Of a DNA stretch of 64,000 bases, positions 37,226-47,141 are shown piece by piece. The stretch covers positions 25,429-89,428 of the forward strand of contig DIWH01000070.1 of assembly GCA_002423485.1 (NCBI GenBank), read 5' to 3'. The stretch is from Candidatus Xenobium occultum. Lineage in GTDB: Bacteria > Vulcanimicrobiota > Xenobia > Xenobiales > Xenobiaceae. The stretch's first letter is position 1; each line of letters starts with the position of its first letter. The translations under genes and the position numbers were made by a program. The notes under the pieces are model-generated. The model made no database searches. It had not been told where the DNA came from and saw nothing but the letters and a program-made list of their open reading frames with translations.

Positions 37226-38317
37226 CTACTTCCGCCCCTGACCCTCGATCATGCGCCGAAGATCCTCTGGATGCATGGTATGGTTCAAGGCATCCTCCAA
37301 GGTGATCTGCTTGTTGGTGTACAGATCCAGAAGCGACTGTTCCATGGTCTGCATCCCGTGCTTGGAGCCCGTCTGGATGGCGTTGTAGATCTGGTGGCTC
37401 TTGCCTTCACGGATCAAGTTGCGCACGGCAGACGTGGCGATCATCACCTCGATCGCGGGGACCCGACCCACGCCGGAGGAATGCGGAATCAACTGCTGCG
37501 AGAAGACCGCCTCGAGCACCGCCGCCAACTGAATGCGAATCTGCTGCTGCTGATGGGGCGGGAAGACGTCGACGATGCGGTCGACGGTCTGGGAGGCATC
37601 CGAGGTGTGCAGGGTCGAGAAGACCAGATGACCCGTCTCGGCCGCCGTCAGCGTGCCCGAGATGGTCTCCAGGTCCCGCATCTCACCGACCAGGATGACG
37701 TCGGGGTCCTCGCGGAGAGCCGAACGCAAAGCGTGCAGCCATCCTTGGGTGTCCTGACCCAACTCCCGCTGGTTGACCATCGACTTCTTGTGAGGATGGA
37801 TATACTCGATGGGGTCCTCAATCGTGAGGATGTGGTAGGTCTTCTCGGAGTTGATCAGGTCGAGCATGCAGGCCAGGGAGGTCGACTTACCCTGACCCGT
37901 CGCCCCGGTGACGAGGATCAAGCCATGCGGCCGATACACCATCTCCTCGATGACCTGGGGAAGGTTGAGCTCCTGGCGCGTGGGAATGGAACTGGGGATG
38001 GCTCGCAACGTTGCCCCGACCACTCCACGCTGACGGAAGACGTTTACCCGGAAGCGGCCGAAACCACGCACGCCGTGCGAACAGTCCAACTCCCAGGTCT
38101 TCTCGAACCTCTCCTTCTGCTTGTCGTTGAGGATGCTGTAGATCAGGCGCTTGGTGTCGTCCGGACCAAGCCGGGGATACTCGGTGGGCGTCAACCTCCC
38201 GCTGATCCGCAAGATCGGCGACAGACCCACCGCCAGGTGCAGGTCTGATGCGCCGCGTTCGACCGTGCTCTTGAGCAGGTCGTCCATGGTGTAGCGAAGC
38301 GGTTGAGGCAGAGCCAT
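37226..38317 (-). CDS. pilT: twitching-motility retraction ATPase
   Basis: Walker A GATGQGKST, plus the Asp box, His box and AIRNLIRE motif. The start is at ATG MALPQP with a GGAGG SD 8 nt upstream. Confidence 0.9.
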   Translation of the reverse strand: MALPQPLRYTMDDLLKSTVERGASDLHLAVGLSPILRISGRLTPTEYPRLGPDDTKRLIYSILNDKQKERFEKTWELDCSHGVRGFGRFRVNVFRQRGVVGATLRAIPSSIPTRQELNLPQVIEEMVYRPHGLILVTGATGQGKSTSLACMLDLINSEKTYHILTIEDPIEYIHPHKKSMVNQRELGQDTQGWLHALRSALREDPDVILVGEMRDLETISGTLTAAETGHLVFSTLHTSDASQTVDRIVDVFPPHQQQQIRIQLAAVLEAVFSQQLIPHSSGVGRVPAIEVMIATSAVRNLIREGKSHQIYNAIQTGSKHGMQTMEQSLLDLYTNKQITLEDALNHTMHPEDLRRMIEGQGRK

Positions 38318-38427
38318 CTTATATCCTCCAAACAGCGTGGAACCCAACCACCCAGCCCTCCGCTTGAGGCGGACGACCGAACGGCTGGGTCAATCGGAAT
38401 CGGTCCGCAAAGCGGACTTGAGAAGAA

Positions 38428-40170
38428 CTACCACTCGCCGGTACTTTCGACGTAGACCACGCGGAGACATTCCTCCATGGAGGTGACTCCAGCCAGGACC
38501 TTGTTGATGCCATCCTCCTGCATGACGCGCATGCCATCCTCGGTCGCCGCCTGCTTGATCTCCGCCGTCGAACTCCGGTGGAGGACCAGGCCTCGAACCC
38601 GGTCGGTCATGGGCATGATTTCGTGAATGCCCGTCCTTCCGCGGTAACCCGTCATCTTGCAGTGGTCACAACCACGGCCACGATAGAAGCTCAATTCGGA
38701 ATCCGAATACATGGCCAGGCCGAAGCGCTTGACGGCCTCTGGAGTCGGAGAATACGATTCCTTGCAGTTCGGACAGATCGTGCGGGCCAGGCGCTGCCCC
38801 AGGACCCCGATGACCGACGAGGCCACCAGGAAGGGCTCCACCCCCATTTCGATCAGTCGCGAGACGGCGCCGGCGGCGTCGTTGGTGTGCAGGGTCGAGA
38901 GGACCAGGTGGCCCGTCAGGGCCGCCTCGACGGCGATGCGGGCGGTCTCCTGGTCGCGAATCTCACCGACCATGATGATGTCGGGGTCCTGCCGCAGAAA
39001 CGAGCGCAGGGCCGAGGCAAACGTCAGATTGGCCTTGGTGTTCACCTGGACCTGGTTGACCCCCGGCAACTGGTATTCCACGGGGTCCTCAATGGTCAGG
39101 ATGTTGGTGGTGCCGGTGTTGAGCTTGTTCAGACAGGAATAGAGGGTGGTGGACTTCCCCGATCCCGTCGGTCCCGTCACCAGGATCATTCCATAGGGCT
39201 TCTCAACGACATCCTCAAAGAGCCGCTGGTTCTCTTCCGAGAAGCCCAACTTGTTGAGGCCGAGCATGACCGAGCCCTTGTCCAGGATTCGCATGACGAC
39301 CTTCTCACCGTGGATGGTGGGAACCGTCGAGACGCGAAGGTCGAACTCGCGACCGTCGTGGCGCAAGTGGATCTTGCCATCCTGGGGGATCCGGCGTTCG
39401 GCGATGTCCATGGTGGCCATGATCTTGATTCGGCTGACCATGGGCGCCTGGATGTGCTTGGGGGGGCTCATCACGTCGTGGAGCACGCCGTCCACCCGAT
39501 AGCGGACGCGAACGGAGCGGGCTTCGGGCTCGATGTGGATGTCCGAGGCCTTGTCGTTGATGGCCTGGGAGATGATCAGGTTGACCACACGGACGATAGG
39601 CGCCTCATCCACGAGCTCCTTCAGCTTGTCCAGGGCGATCTCTTCCTCGATCTCGTCCTCGACCTCCATGGCGCCGAACTCGGTGGCCGAAATCTCCTTG
39701 ACCGTATCCTCCACCGCGACCATGTCGGTCACGCCGAAGAGGCGGGCGATGGCCTTGAGAATCTCCTCTTCGGTGGCGATGACCGGCTCGATGTCAAAAC
39801 CCGTGATCAGGCGAATGTCATCGATGGCCAGGACGTTCAGCGGGTCGACCATGGCCAGGGTCAGACGGTTGTCCTTCTGGGCCACGGGGATCACCTTGTA
39901 GCGCTGAGCCAGGTGCTCGGGAATCGACTTGGCCAGGTCGACGTCCAGGTCGATGCGGTCCAGGTCGACGAAGGCGACCCCCATCTGTTTGCCCATGGAC
40001 TCGACGATGTCCTTGTCGGACACGAACCCCATCGAAACCAGGGTCTTCTGAAGAGGTTCCCCCCGGCGCTCGGCGTCTGCCTTGGCCTTCTCCAGTTGGC
40101 GCTCGGTGATGAAGCCTTCCTCGACCAGCAACCGGCCAAGGTCTTCGTTGGACCGCGTAATCATCGACAA
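38428..40170 (-). CDS. pilB: type IV pilus extension ATPase
   Basis: N-terminal GSPII domains, Walker A GPTGSGKST, the tetracysteine CPNC...CDHC motif and the GspE signature. Confidence 0.9.
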   Translation of the reverse strand: MSMITRSNEDLGRLLVEEGFITERQLEKAKADAERRGEPLQKTLVSMGFVSDKDIVESMGKQMGVAFVDLDRIDLDVDLAKSIPEHLAQRYKVIPVAQKDNRLTLAMVDPLNVLAIDDIRLITGFDIEPVIATEEEILKAIARLFGVTDMVAVEDTVKEISATEFGAMEVEDEIEEEIALDKLKELVDEAPIVRVVNLIISQAINDKASDIHIEPEARSVRVRYRVDGVLHDVMSPPKHIQAPMVSRIKIMATMDIAERRIPQDGKIHLRHDGREFDLRVSTVPTIHGEKVVMRILDKGSVMLGLNKLGFSEENQRLFEDVVEKPYGMILVTGPTGSGKSTTLYSCLNKLNTGTTNILTIEDPVEYQLPGVNQVQVNTKANLTFASALRSFLRQDPDIIMVGEIRDQETARIAVEAALTGHLVLSTLHTNDAAGAVSRLIEMGVEPFLVASSVIGVLGQRLARTICPNCKESYSPTPEAVKRFGLAMYSDSELSFYRGRGCDHCKMTGYRGRTGIHEIMPMTDRVRGLVLHRSSTAEIKQAATEDGMRVMQEDGINKVLAGVTSMEECLRVVYVESTGEW

Positions 40171-40431
40171 ATCTCCGTCCCGGACTGCATCTTGTTACAG
40201 ACCGTTAACAAGTATAACATGATGTTCACAACCTGCGTCAACGGACTTTCGAGCCCCTTGCCGAGGGTCAGGATCCAGCCGGCGAAGAACGCCCGATCAA
40301 CCAGGCAAGACACTGGCGCCGGCATTTTTCAACCCCCTCCGGAACATTCCTTCACTTCAGACCGACGCACCTCCCAGCGAACAGGGTTCAGAATCCGCGA
40401 CCGAATCGGCACGAGGGAGAGTTCGCGCGGG

Positions 40432-41088
40432 TCACTCCATCCCGGTGCCAGCCGGCATGGACGAGGGCTGGTGGGCCCCGGGGTGTTCCAGGATCGAGTG
40501 GATCTTGGAGCACAGGAGGTCGATGGCCACCACGTTGTCCCCTCCTTCCGGCACGATCAGGTCGGCATAGCGCTTGGTCGGCTCGATGAACTGCATGTGC
40601 ATCGGCCGGACCACTCCGAGGTACTGCTCGATGACCGCGTCGACCGAACGCCCGCGCTCGACCAGATCGCGGCGCAGGCGGCGGACGAACCGGACATCTG
40701 CATCGGTCTGGACATAGATCTTGATGTCCATCCGTTCTCGAAGCCGGGCATCCTCCAGGACCAGGATGCCCTCTACGACCAGAATCTGGCTGGGCATCAG
40801 ACGGCGGGTCTCCTGGGCGCGGGTGTGCGTGATGAACGAGTAGACGGGCTGCTCGACCGCCTCTCCCTGCATCAGGGAATCCAGGTGCTTGATCAGCAGG
40901 TCATTGTCGAAGGCCAGGGGGTGGTCGTAGTTGGTCTTGAGACGCTCCTCGAAAGGGATGTGCGTCTGATCGCGATAGTAGGAATCCTGGGGGATCAACT
41001 GCACGACGTCGGGTGGAAAGCTCTGACGCAGCTTCCGGGCCACCGTGGTCTTGCCAGACCCGGTGCCTCCGGCGACGCCGATGATCAG
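40432..41088 (-). CDS. udk: uridine kinase
   Basis: Aligns end-to-end with Udk (…[21 protein letters not shown]…). The P-loop [12 protein letters not shown] lies upstream of the first canonical start (the GTG at 41043 used by the ORF track). No ATG, GTG or TTG precedes it in frame. A CTG at 41088 with an AGAGG SD 7 nt upstream is the most plausible start. Confidence 0.75.
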   Translation of the reverse strand: MIIGVAGGTGSGKTTVARKLRQSFPPDVVQLIPQDSYYRDQTHIPFEERLKTNYDHPLAFDNDLLIKHLDSLMQGEAVEQPVYSFITHTRAQETRRLMPSQILVVEGILVLEDARLRERMDIKIYVQTDADVRFVRRLRRDLVERGRSVDAVIEQYLGVVRPMHMQFIEPTKRYADLIVPEGGDNVVAIDLLCSKIHSILEHPGAHQPSSMPAGTGME

Positions 41089-41146
41089 TCGCTCGCCTCT
41101 GCCGGGGACTCCCCGTCCGTAGGAAGGCTCCGGCCCCCCCTGGCCC

Positions 41147-42145
41147 TCAGCGCTGGTAGCGGTCGATGGCTTGCTGGTGTTCGGTGTAGTTTCTTGAGAA
41201 GACGTGGCTGCCGTCCCCTTTCACATCGTTGCGGACGTAGAAGAGATACTCCGTCCGTTGGGGTCGCACGGCGGCCTCCAAGGCCGCTCGTCCGGGGTTA
41301 CAGATCGGCCCGGGGGGCAACCCGGGATGGCGGTAGGTATTGTAGGGCGAATCGATCTCCAGGTCCTGGTGCATCAAGACCGACTTCTGACGACCCAGGG
41401 CGTATTGGACCGTGGCGTCGCACTGCAAGAGCATGCCCTCAGCCAGGCGGTTGAGGTAGACCCCGGCAATGACGGGTCTCTCGGAGTGGACCTGGGCCTC
41501 GCGCTCCACCAGGGAGGCCAGGACCACCGTCTCGGCGCGGCCCAACGGAGACTTCTCGGACCACAATGGGGTGAAGACCTCGTCGAACCGCGAGGTCAGA
41601 ATGCGGAGAACCTCGGAGGGCGGGCATTCCCAAGGCAGGTCGTAGGTATCCGGGAAGAGATAACCTTCCAGGTTCTCAGGAAATCCAGGCCCGAAATCCT
41701 TCCCTCGGGTCCGAGCCAGCTCGAGGAAATCCTCGGCGGGGCAGACCTCACTCTTTTCCAGGATCTCTGCCACCTGCACCAGGGTGAGCCCTTCAGGAAA
41801 GGTCACCCGGCGCTGCAGGGTATCGCCTTTCACCAGATGGTCCAGGATCTTCACGGGGCTTTCCGAGGCGATCAAGGTGTAGTGCCCCGCGCGGATGGCC
41901 CCCTCCTGTCCGCCAAAACGCACCAGGATGCGGAAGGCCAGGGCCGAGCGGATCAAGCCCTTCGTCTCCAGGCTCTGGGCGATTCCGGCCGCGGAGGCCC
42001 CCTCGGGAATCTCGACGACCATGGACTTGCGAACCCCATCGGGGTCTGCGGGCGTCAGCGCCGTGTGAAGGAAGTAGAACGCGAACCCTGCGCAGATCAA
42101 GAAGGCCAGGCAGCCCAGGCGGAACAGCCGCAACAGCAACTTCAC
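41147..42145 (-). CDS. mltG: endolytic murein transglycosylase (YceG family)
   Basis: N-terminal transmembrane helix and the YceG-like domain (…[12 protein letters not shown]…YLFPDTYD…ASLVEREA). Confidence 0.85.
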   Translation of the reverse strand: MKLLLRLFRLGCLAFLICAGFAFYFLHTALTPADPDGVRKSMVVEIPEGASAAGIAQSLETKGLIRSALAFRILVRFGGQEGAIRAGHYTLIASESPVKILDHLVKGDTLQRRVTFPEGLTLVQVAEILEKSEVCPAEDFLELARTRGKDFGPGFPENLEGYLFPDTYDLPWECPPSEVLRILTSRFDEVFTPLWSEKSPLGRAETVVLASLVEREAQVHSERPVIAGVYLNRLAEGMLLQCDATVQYALGRQKSVLMHQDLEIDSPYNTYRHPGLPPGPICNPGRAALEAAVRPQRTEYLFYVRNDVKGDGSHVFSRNYTEHQQAIDRYQR

Positions 42146-42188
42146 GCAGCCTGCATTCTGGACTGCGGGCGGCAGCCCCTCCTGGGGC

Positions 42189-42620
42189 TCACCACGGATC
42201 CTCCGGACGCGGTTGGCGACGGTCCAGGAAAGCCTGCAGGATCAGGACGGCGGCAACCCGGTCCACGGCCATCCGGCGCTCGGCGCCTCGGGCCCCGGCC
42301 TGCTGCATCGAGCGGTGAGCCTGGACGGTCGTGAGGCGCTCGTCCTCCAGGTGAACGGGCAATCCCAGGGCCCGTGCCAGTCGCTCGGCGAAATGCTGGG
42401 CCGCCTGAGCCTCCGGGCCCAAGGTGCCATCGGTGCGTCGGGGAAGGCCCACAACCACCTCCTCGACGCCCAGATCACGGACCCTGGAACGCAACTGTGC
42501 GACCAGGCCGTCGCGATCCCTGCCATCCAGGGTCTCAAGAGAGGTTGCCAGGATCCCGGAAGGGTCAGAGAGGGCGAGACCGACCCGGCGCTTGCCCAGA
42601 TCGATTCCCAGGATCCTCAC
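42189..42620 (-). CDS. ruvX: Holliday-junction resolvase-like nuclease YqgF/RuvX
   Basis: VRILGIDLGKRRVGLALSD RNase-H-like N-terminus. Its GTG start overlaps the recO TGA stop (GTGA). Confidence 0.85.
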   Translation of the reverse strand: MRILGIDLGKRRVGLALSDPSGILATSLETLDGRDRDGLVAQLRSRVRDLGVEEVVVGLPRRTDGTLGPEAQAAQHFAERLARALGLPVHLEDERLTTVQAHRSMQQAGARGAERRMAVDRVAAVLILQAFLDRRQPRPEDPW

Positions 42621-43363
42621 GAGCCCCCCAGCAGGCTTCGCAGCACATCGCGCGAGCGCAAAGCCTGTGGATGATGGTACTGCAGGTGCTCGAAGAGCGC
42701 GCGCTCGACCTCCCGCGTGGCCTGGACGGGAAGGCGCACCCGGAGTGCCGATTCCAGGCGACAATCTCGCAGGTGGCGCAAGGCGGCACGGGCGGGGGGC
42801 GATAGGACCGTGCCCGCCGGACTCTGCGCGCAGCGACAACTCCGGCAGACGGTCCCCCCGCTTTCGGCCGAGAACCAACCCGGGTCGGGGGCGCCGCACA
42901 GCGCACATGCTTCGAGTTGAGGTGCGTAGCCCAGGAGATCGGCCAGGCGCAGCTCAACCCAGCGGCACAGGAGCGGGGTTTGAGCAGCCTGAAGGTTGTC
43001 CAGGGCCTGGACCAGCAGTCCATACAACTGCGGGCAGGGCTCGCCCGGAGCCGAGGCCCCGCCGACCAGGTCCACCAGGTAGCTGGCCAGCAGCAATCGC
43101 TCCAAGTCCCGATGCAGATCAGGGCGGGCGCAGTGGACCTCCGCCTGGGTCAAATGGTCCAGCGAGCGTCCCTGGGCGAAGAGACCGGACAGCTCGGTGA
43201 AAGGTTCAATCCGCCCGACCAGGGGACTGGACGACCTCCTGGACCCGCGCACGGCCGCCTCGAAACGCCCCCGGTCCGGCGAAAGGAGCGAGACGATCTC
43301 GTCAGCCTCGCCCAGAGGGCGACGCTTCAAGACCAGGACCAACGCTTTATAGAGTCTGCTCAT
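42617..43363 (-). CDS. recO: DNA repair protein RecO
   Basis: Typical size, an N-terminal OB-fold, and a C-terminal C4 zinc motif (CALCG...CRSCRC). Confidence 0.8.
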   Translation of the reverse strand: MSRLYKALVLVLKRRPLGEADEIVSLLSPDRGRFEAAVRGSRRSSSPLVGRIEPFTELSGLFAQGRSLDHLTQAEVHCARPDLHRDLERLLLASYLVDLVGGASAPGEPCPQLYGLLVQALDNLQAAQTPLLCRWVELRLADLLGYAPQLEACALCGAPDPGWFSAESGGTVCRSCRCAQSPAGTVLSPPARAALRHLRDCRLESALRVRLPVQATREVERALFEHLQYHHPQALRSRDVLRSLLGGS

Positions 43364-43404
43364 CAGGTCCTGGAGTTCGCCTCAACCGGGGGCGGAGTTC
43401 CGGG

Positions 43405-44445
43405 TCAGTAGGTCCCGGCGCCGGCCGACTCACCCTTCACGATCTTCACCGAGGCACTGGCTCCGATGCGGGTGGCCCCCGCCTCGATCATCTTCTGGGC
43501 GGTCTCGAAATCGCGGATTCCTCCAGACGCCTTGACCCCGATATTGCGGCCGACCGTCCGACGCATGAGGGCGACGTGGTGGGCGGTGGCGCCACCCGGC
43601 CCGAAACCCGTGGAGGTCTTCACGAAGTCCACTCCGGCCCGCCGTGCCAGATGACAGGCCCGGACCACCTCGTCATCGGAGAGCAGTGCCGTCTCCAGGA
43701 TGGTCTTGACCAGGCGCCCACCAGCCGAGAGCACCACTTCGCGGATATCGCTTTCGACCAAATCATCCTGACCGTTCTTCAAAGCCCCGATGTTGATCAC
43801 CATGTCGATCTCATCGGCGCCGTTGGCAACGGCATCCCGGGTTTCCATGACCTTGGTGATGGTCGTCGTGGCCCCCAAAGGAAAGCCCACCACCGTACAG
43901 ACCTTGACCCCGCTGCCCCGCAGGGCCTCGGCAGCCGTCCGCACCCAGGCGGGGTTGATGCAGACCGACGCAAAGCTGTGGGTGCGCGCTTCCTCACACA
44001 GGTGAAGGACCTCTTCGCGGGTCGCATCGGGCTTGAGGAGGGTGTGGTCGATCATGGCCCCCACCTCGCGTCCGGTGATCCGGTTGCCCAGCCCACTGCC
44101 CACGCGGTCGGCGCCGGCCTCGATGACGGCCTGCACCTTCTGGGGGATCAAGGTGGCGCAGTGCCCCAGGCCCAGGCATTCCCCGGTCAACTGAGCCGGA
44201 CACCCCTGCCCACAGCCGACGCTGAAAGCGGTTGGAGCGTTGGGCAGGGTCATGGAAGGCGGCGGGGTGGGAGTCCACTGTGGAGGCGAGGGGGCAACTG
44301 CCGGGACCGGCGCCGGGGCATTCGCCCCGCGCAGCTCGTGCATGACCTCCTCGGTGATCCGAGCCACCAAGGCTTCAATGTCCACCGGGTTCACCTCCAC
44401 ATGACCGTACTTCCGGGATTCAAGTCCCCCGACTTGTGGGGTCAA
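43405..44445 (-). CDS. deoC: deoxyribose-phosphate aldolase with a ~115-aa N-terminal extension carrying an encapsulation-peptide-like helix and a Cys4 motif
   Basis: The DeoC core begins at [13 protein letters not shown] and has the Schiff-base Lys region [10 protein letters not shown]. Upstream are the amphipathic helix [18 protein letters not shown], a Pro-rich linker and then [20 protein letters not shown]. The track start is a TTG and the true start is uncertain. Confidence 0.8.
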   Translation of the reverse strand: MTPQVGGLESRKYGHVEVNPVDIEALVARITEEVMHELRGANAPAPVPAVAPSPPQWTPTPPPSMTLPNAPTAFSVGCGQGCPAQLTGECLGLGHCATLIPQKVQAVIEAGADRVGSGLGNRITGREVGAMIDHTLLKPDATREEVLHLCEEARTHSFASVCINPAWVRTAAEALRGSGVKVCTVVGFPLGATTTITKVMETRDAVANGADEIDMVINIGALKNGQDDLVESDIREVVLSAGGRLVKTILETALLSDDEVVRACHLARRAGVDFVKTSTGFGPGGATAHHVALMRRTVGRNIGVKASGGIRDFETAQKMIEAGATRIGASASVKIVKGESAGAGTY

Positions 44446-44508
44446 AGACCCCTGTGTGAAAAGGTTCTGCTGGCTGGCAGGGTGCCATCCGAGCTCCCCT
44501 CCAGAACC

Positions 44509-44889
44509 TCACCCTGCCGCCTTCGAAGCCCGACGGGCGCGGCGGCTGGCCGCCTTCGCCGCAGAGGGGCCTTCGTCCTGCGCGCCTGGGGCCGAAGCCA
44601 GGACGGGAGTGTCGGGCGACTGGATGTCCAGACGGTCCACGATGCCCACCACCACGGCCTCGGCTGGAGTCCGGGGATCGGCCAGGACCTGCCGGGAGGA
44701 GCTGCCCTCGTAGACAACCAGGACCGTGTCTCCCGAACCACTGCCGACCGAATCCACGGCCAGCACGGTTGGACCGCCCACCTCCCCGGTGAGGGGATCC
44801 TCCGGGACCACCAGGACCAGGCGAACCGAATCAAAGGAGGGATGCTGGGCCGTGGCCCAGAGGCTGCCGACCACGCGCCCCAGGATCAT
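44509..44889 (-). CDS. BMC vertex (pentamer) protein, EutN/CcmL/PduN family, with a basic C-terminal tail
   Basis: MILGRVVGSLWATAQ...VLAVDSVGSGSGDTVLVVYEGSSSRQ matches the BMC-P consensus. Confidence 0.8.
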   Translation of the reverse strand: MILGRVVGSLWATAQHPSFDSVRLVLVVPEDPLTGEVGGPTVLAVDSVGSGSGDTVLVVYEGSSSRQVLADPRTPAEAVVVGIVDRLDIQSPDTPVLASAPGAQDEGPSAAKAASRRARRASKAAG

Positions 44890-45152
44890 CGCAGGTCCAT
44901 CCCGTCCACCAGCCCGACGATGGCGGCATCGATGGGAGCCAAGGGCTGGGGCCAGGGAATGGTCGCCTCCCGCCCCTTGACCAGATAGACCAGGTCGCCT
45001 TCACGACAGGCCACCGTGTCCACGGCGACGATCAACCCACCCTGGTGGGCTCCGTCATGGTTCACCGGTTGCACCACACGCAGGACGGCGCCCTCCAGGT
45101 CCGGGACCTTTCGGGTGGCCACCAGATTCCCGCGGACCACGCCCAGGAACAT
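44886..45152 (-). CDS. BMC vertex (pentamer) protein, EutN/CcmL/PduN family
   Basis: MFLGVVRGNLVATRK...LIVAVDTVACREGDLVYLVKGREA. There is an ATGA overlap with the previous gene. Confidence 0.8.
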   Translation of the reverse strand: MFLGVVRGNLVATRKVPDLEGAVLRVVQPVNHDGAHQGGLIVAVDTVACREGDLVYLVKGREATIPWPQPLAPIDAAIVGLVDGMDLR

Positions 45153-45614
45153 CTAGACCGGACCAGCCAGGAAGCGACGCTCGATCTGCAGCATCTTCTC
45201 GATGCGGCGGGCGTGCCGCTGTCCGCCAAAGGGGGTGCAGAGCCAGGTCTTGACGATGTCCCGGGCCAGGCCCACCCCGGTGACCCGACCGCCCAGGGTC
45301 AGGACGTTGGCGTCGTTGTGCTCGCGGGAGTTCTTGGCCGTGAAGGTGTCGTAGCAGGGGGCTGCTCGGACGCCGGGCACCTTGTTGGCGGTCATGGCCG
45401 AACCAATCCCGGCGCCATCCACCATGATACCCAGGGTGCGCTCCGGATCCGCGGCGACCGCGCTGGCCACCAGCAGGGCGATGTCCGGATAGTCCACCGG
45501 ATCGACGCTGTGGGTCCCGTAGTCCACGACCTCGTGGCCGAGCTCCCGGACAAAGCCGATCAGGTCCGTCTTCAGGGCAAAGCCCCCGTGATCACTGCCG
45601 ATGATGACTCGCAA
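45153..45614 (-). CDS. rpiB: sugar-phosphate isomerase RpiB/LacAB family
   Basis: (M)RVIIGSDHGGF...AVLTLGGRV motifs. The TTG start at 45614 has a GGAGG SD 8 nt upstream. Confidence 0.8.
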   Translation of the reverse strand: MRVIIGSDHGGFALKTDLIGFVRELGHEVVDYGTHSVDPVDYPDIALLVASAVAADPERTLGIMVDGAGIGSAMTANKVPGVRAAPCYDTFTAKNSREHNDANVLTLGGRVTGVGLARDIVKTWLCTPFGGQRHARRIEKMLQIERRFLAGPV

Positions 45615-47139
45615 CTTCCATTCCTCCGTGCAGGCGCCAGGAAGACGCCGGGCGGGGCCAGACTTCCGCCCTCGGGGGGCGTTCTCCTCTGTAGCGGACC
45701 ACCCGCGTGCAGGCCGAAGGCAGCCAGGCCCTCCCATCAGGACGCTGGCGGCCCCGCTCGCGCCACAGCACCTGGTCCAGAGCCGATTCCAGGCCGGTGC
45801 GGACCACCAGGGGGTGATTGGGCGTGGTCACCAGCCAGACGACCTTGCGCCCCAGCAGCGCCTTCAGGTTCTCCTGATCCGGGATGTCCAGGGGCGTCAA
45901 CCAGTCGGGGGGCACCCCATAGTACAGCAAGGGAGCAGCCATCATGGAGGGTTGGACCAGGATGACCGCGTCGACCGGTGCGTCGCGCCGAATCTCCGTG
46001 GCGACGGCTCGCCAGTCCTGGTTCACCGCGGCCGGGTGGAAGACCAGGAGGCCCCAGGCGACCAGATGAACGAGCACGAGTCCCCAGAGGATGGACCGGG
46101 TCCAGCGACCTGGAGGGTCCAGGATCTCTCCTTGGAGCAAAGCCAGAAAGGGAGCGCACCAGACGAAATACTTGAACTCGAAGACCTTCAGCGGAGTGAG
46201 CTGCGAGACCAACCACGCCAGAAGCGGGGGAACAACCAGCCACGTGAGCGGATCGAGCCCTCGGTTCAGGCGCAGCGCCGCCAGCACGAAGGCCAGAGGG
46301 ATGGCTGCCAGGGCCAGGTAGACCGAGGCTCCGGCCTCCAGCAGATCTGCCGAGGCCATCCGCCCGGCCAGTTCGGGAAGAGCCAACCACCCAGGCCGGC
46401 CCCGAAGCTCGAGGTCCTGGGCACCCAGTTGTCCCAACAAGGAAGGGATCCAGGGGATGAAGAGCAGCATGGCGACCGCGGTGGCGCCCATCCAGGCGAC
46501 CCTCCGGTCGCGGCGATGTCGCAGCATCCACAGCCCACTCAACACGGGCGCGAACAAGCCGAAGAAGTGGACCCAGAAGGCGGCGCCGGCGGAAAGGGCC
46601 GAAAGGGCCAGCCAGCTCCGCCCCCCGGTTCGGGCGAAGCGCACGAAGGCTGCCAGATGTCCCAGGACCAGCAACCCCAGCAGCGGGTACATGCGCAACT
46701 CGCGGCTGTACTGGATGTGCCAGGCCGAAGTGGCCAGGAGCAGACCGGCCATCACCACTCCCGGTCCCAGGGCCCGCCGCCCCCCTCGAAGCTCGGTCCC
46801 CAACCAGACGGTGGCGGGGATTGCCAGGAGCCCGGCCAGGGCTGAACTGGCCCGCAGCCAGGCTTCGGAGTGGCCCAGCCAGGCCCAGAGGTGGAGAGCC
46901 AGGAACCACCCGGGCGGGTGGACCTCGTGAATCTCGCGCATCAGCCCCGGGATCCCGGCGGGCTCGCGACCGGCCAGGAACGCGATGAAGACCCCGATGC
47001 CCTCGTCCACGGTCAGGCTGGCGGCGCCCAACTCGACCAGGCGCAGGCTCCCGGCAACGGCCACCAGGGCGACCAGGGTCCAGGAAAGCGAGAGGCGGCC
47101 TCCCACCGGGTGGGGGCCGCCTCGGGCCGGGGCAGTCAC
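45592..47139 (-). CDS. GT39/PMT_2-family (ArnT-like) integral-membrane glycosyltransferase
   Basis: About 12 transmembrane helices with the ArnT/PMT-like N-terminal region LSLSWTLVALVAVAGSLRLVELGAASLTVDEGIGVFIA. The GTG start is 2 nt after the aldehyde dehydrogenase stop, and the 3' end overlaps rpiB by 23 nt. The upstream 200 codons of the 717-aa track ORF are discarded as overlap with the aldehyde dehydrogenase gene. Confidence 0.7.
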   Translation of the reverse strand: MTAPARGGPHPVGGRLSLSWTLVALVAVAGSLRLVELGAASLTVDEGIGVFIAFLAGREPAGIPGLMREIHEVHPPGWFLALHLWAWLGHSEAWLRASSALAGLLAIPATVWLGTELRGGRRALGPGVVMAGLLLATSAWHIQYSRELRMYPLLGLLVLGHLAAFVRFARTGGRSWLALSALSAGAAFWVHFFGLFAPVLSGLWMLRHRRDRRVAWMGATAVAMLLFIPWIPSLLGQLGAQDLELRGRPGWLALPELAGRMASADLLEAGASVYLALAAIPLAFVLAALRLNRGLDPLTWLVVPPLLAWLVSQLTPLKVFEFKYFVWCAPFLALLQGEILDPPGRWTRSILWGLVLVHLVAWGLLVFHPAAVNQDWRAVATEIRRDAPVDAVILVQPSMMAAPLLYYGVPPDWLTPLDIPDQENLKALLGRKVVWLVTTPNHPLVVRTGLESALDQVLWRERGRQRPDGRAWLPSACTRVVRYRGERPPRAEVWPRPASSWRLHGGMEVASHHRQ

Positions 47140-47141
47140 GC

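Noticed and set aside
38578-41454. 958-aa plus-strand ORF
   Set aside because: Antisense to pilB and udk, which carry unmistakable Walker and GspE motifs on the other strand.
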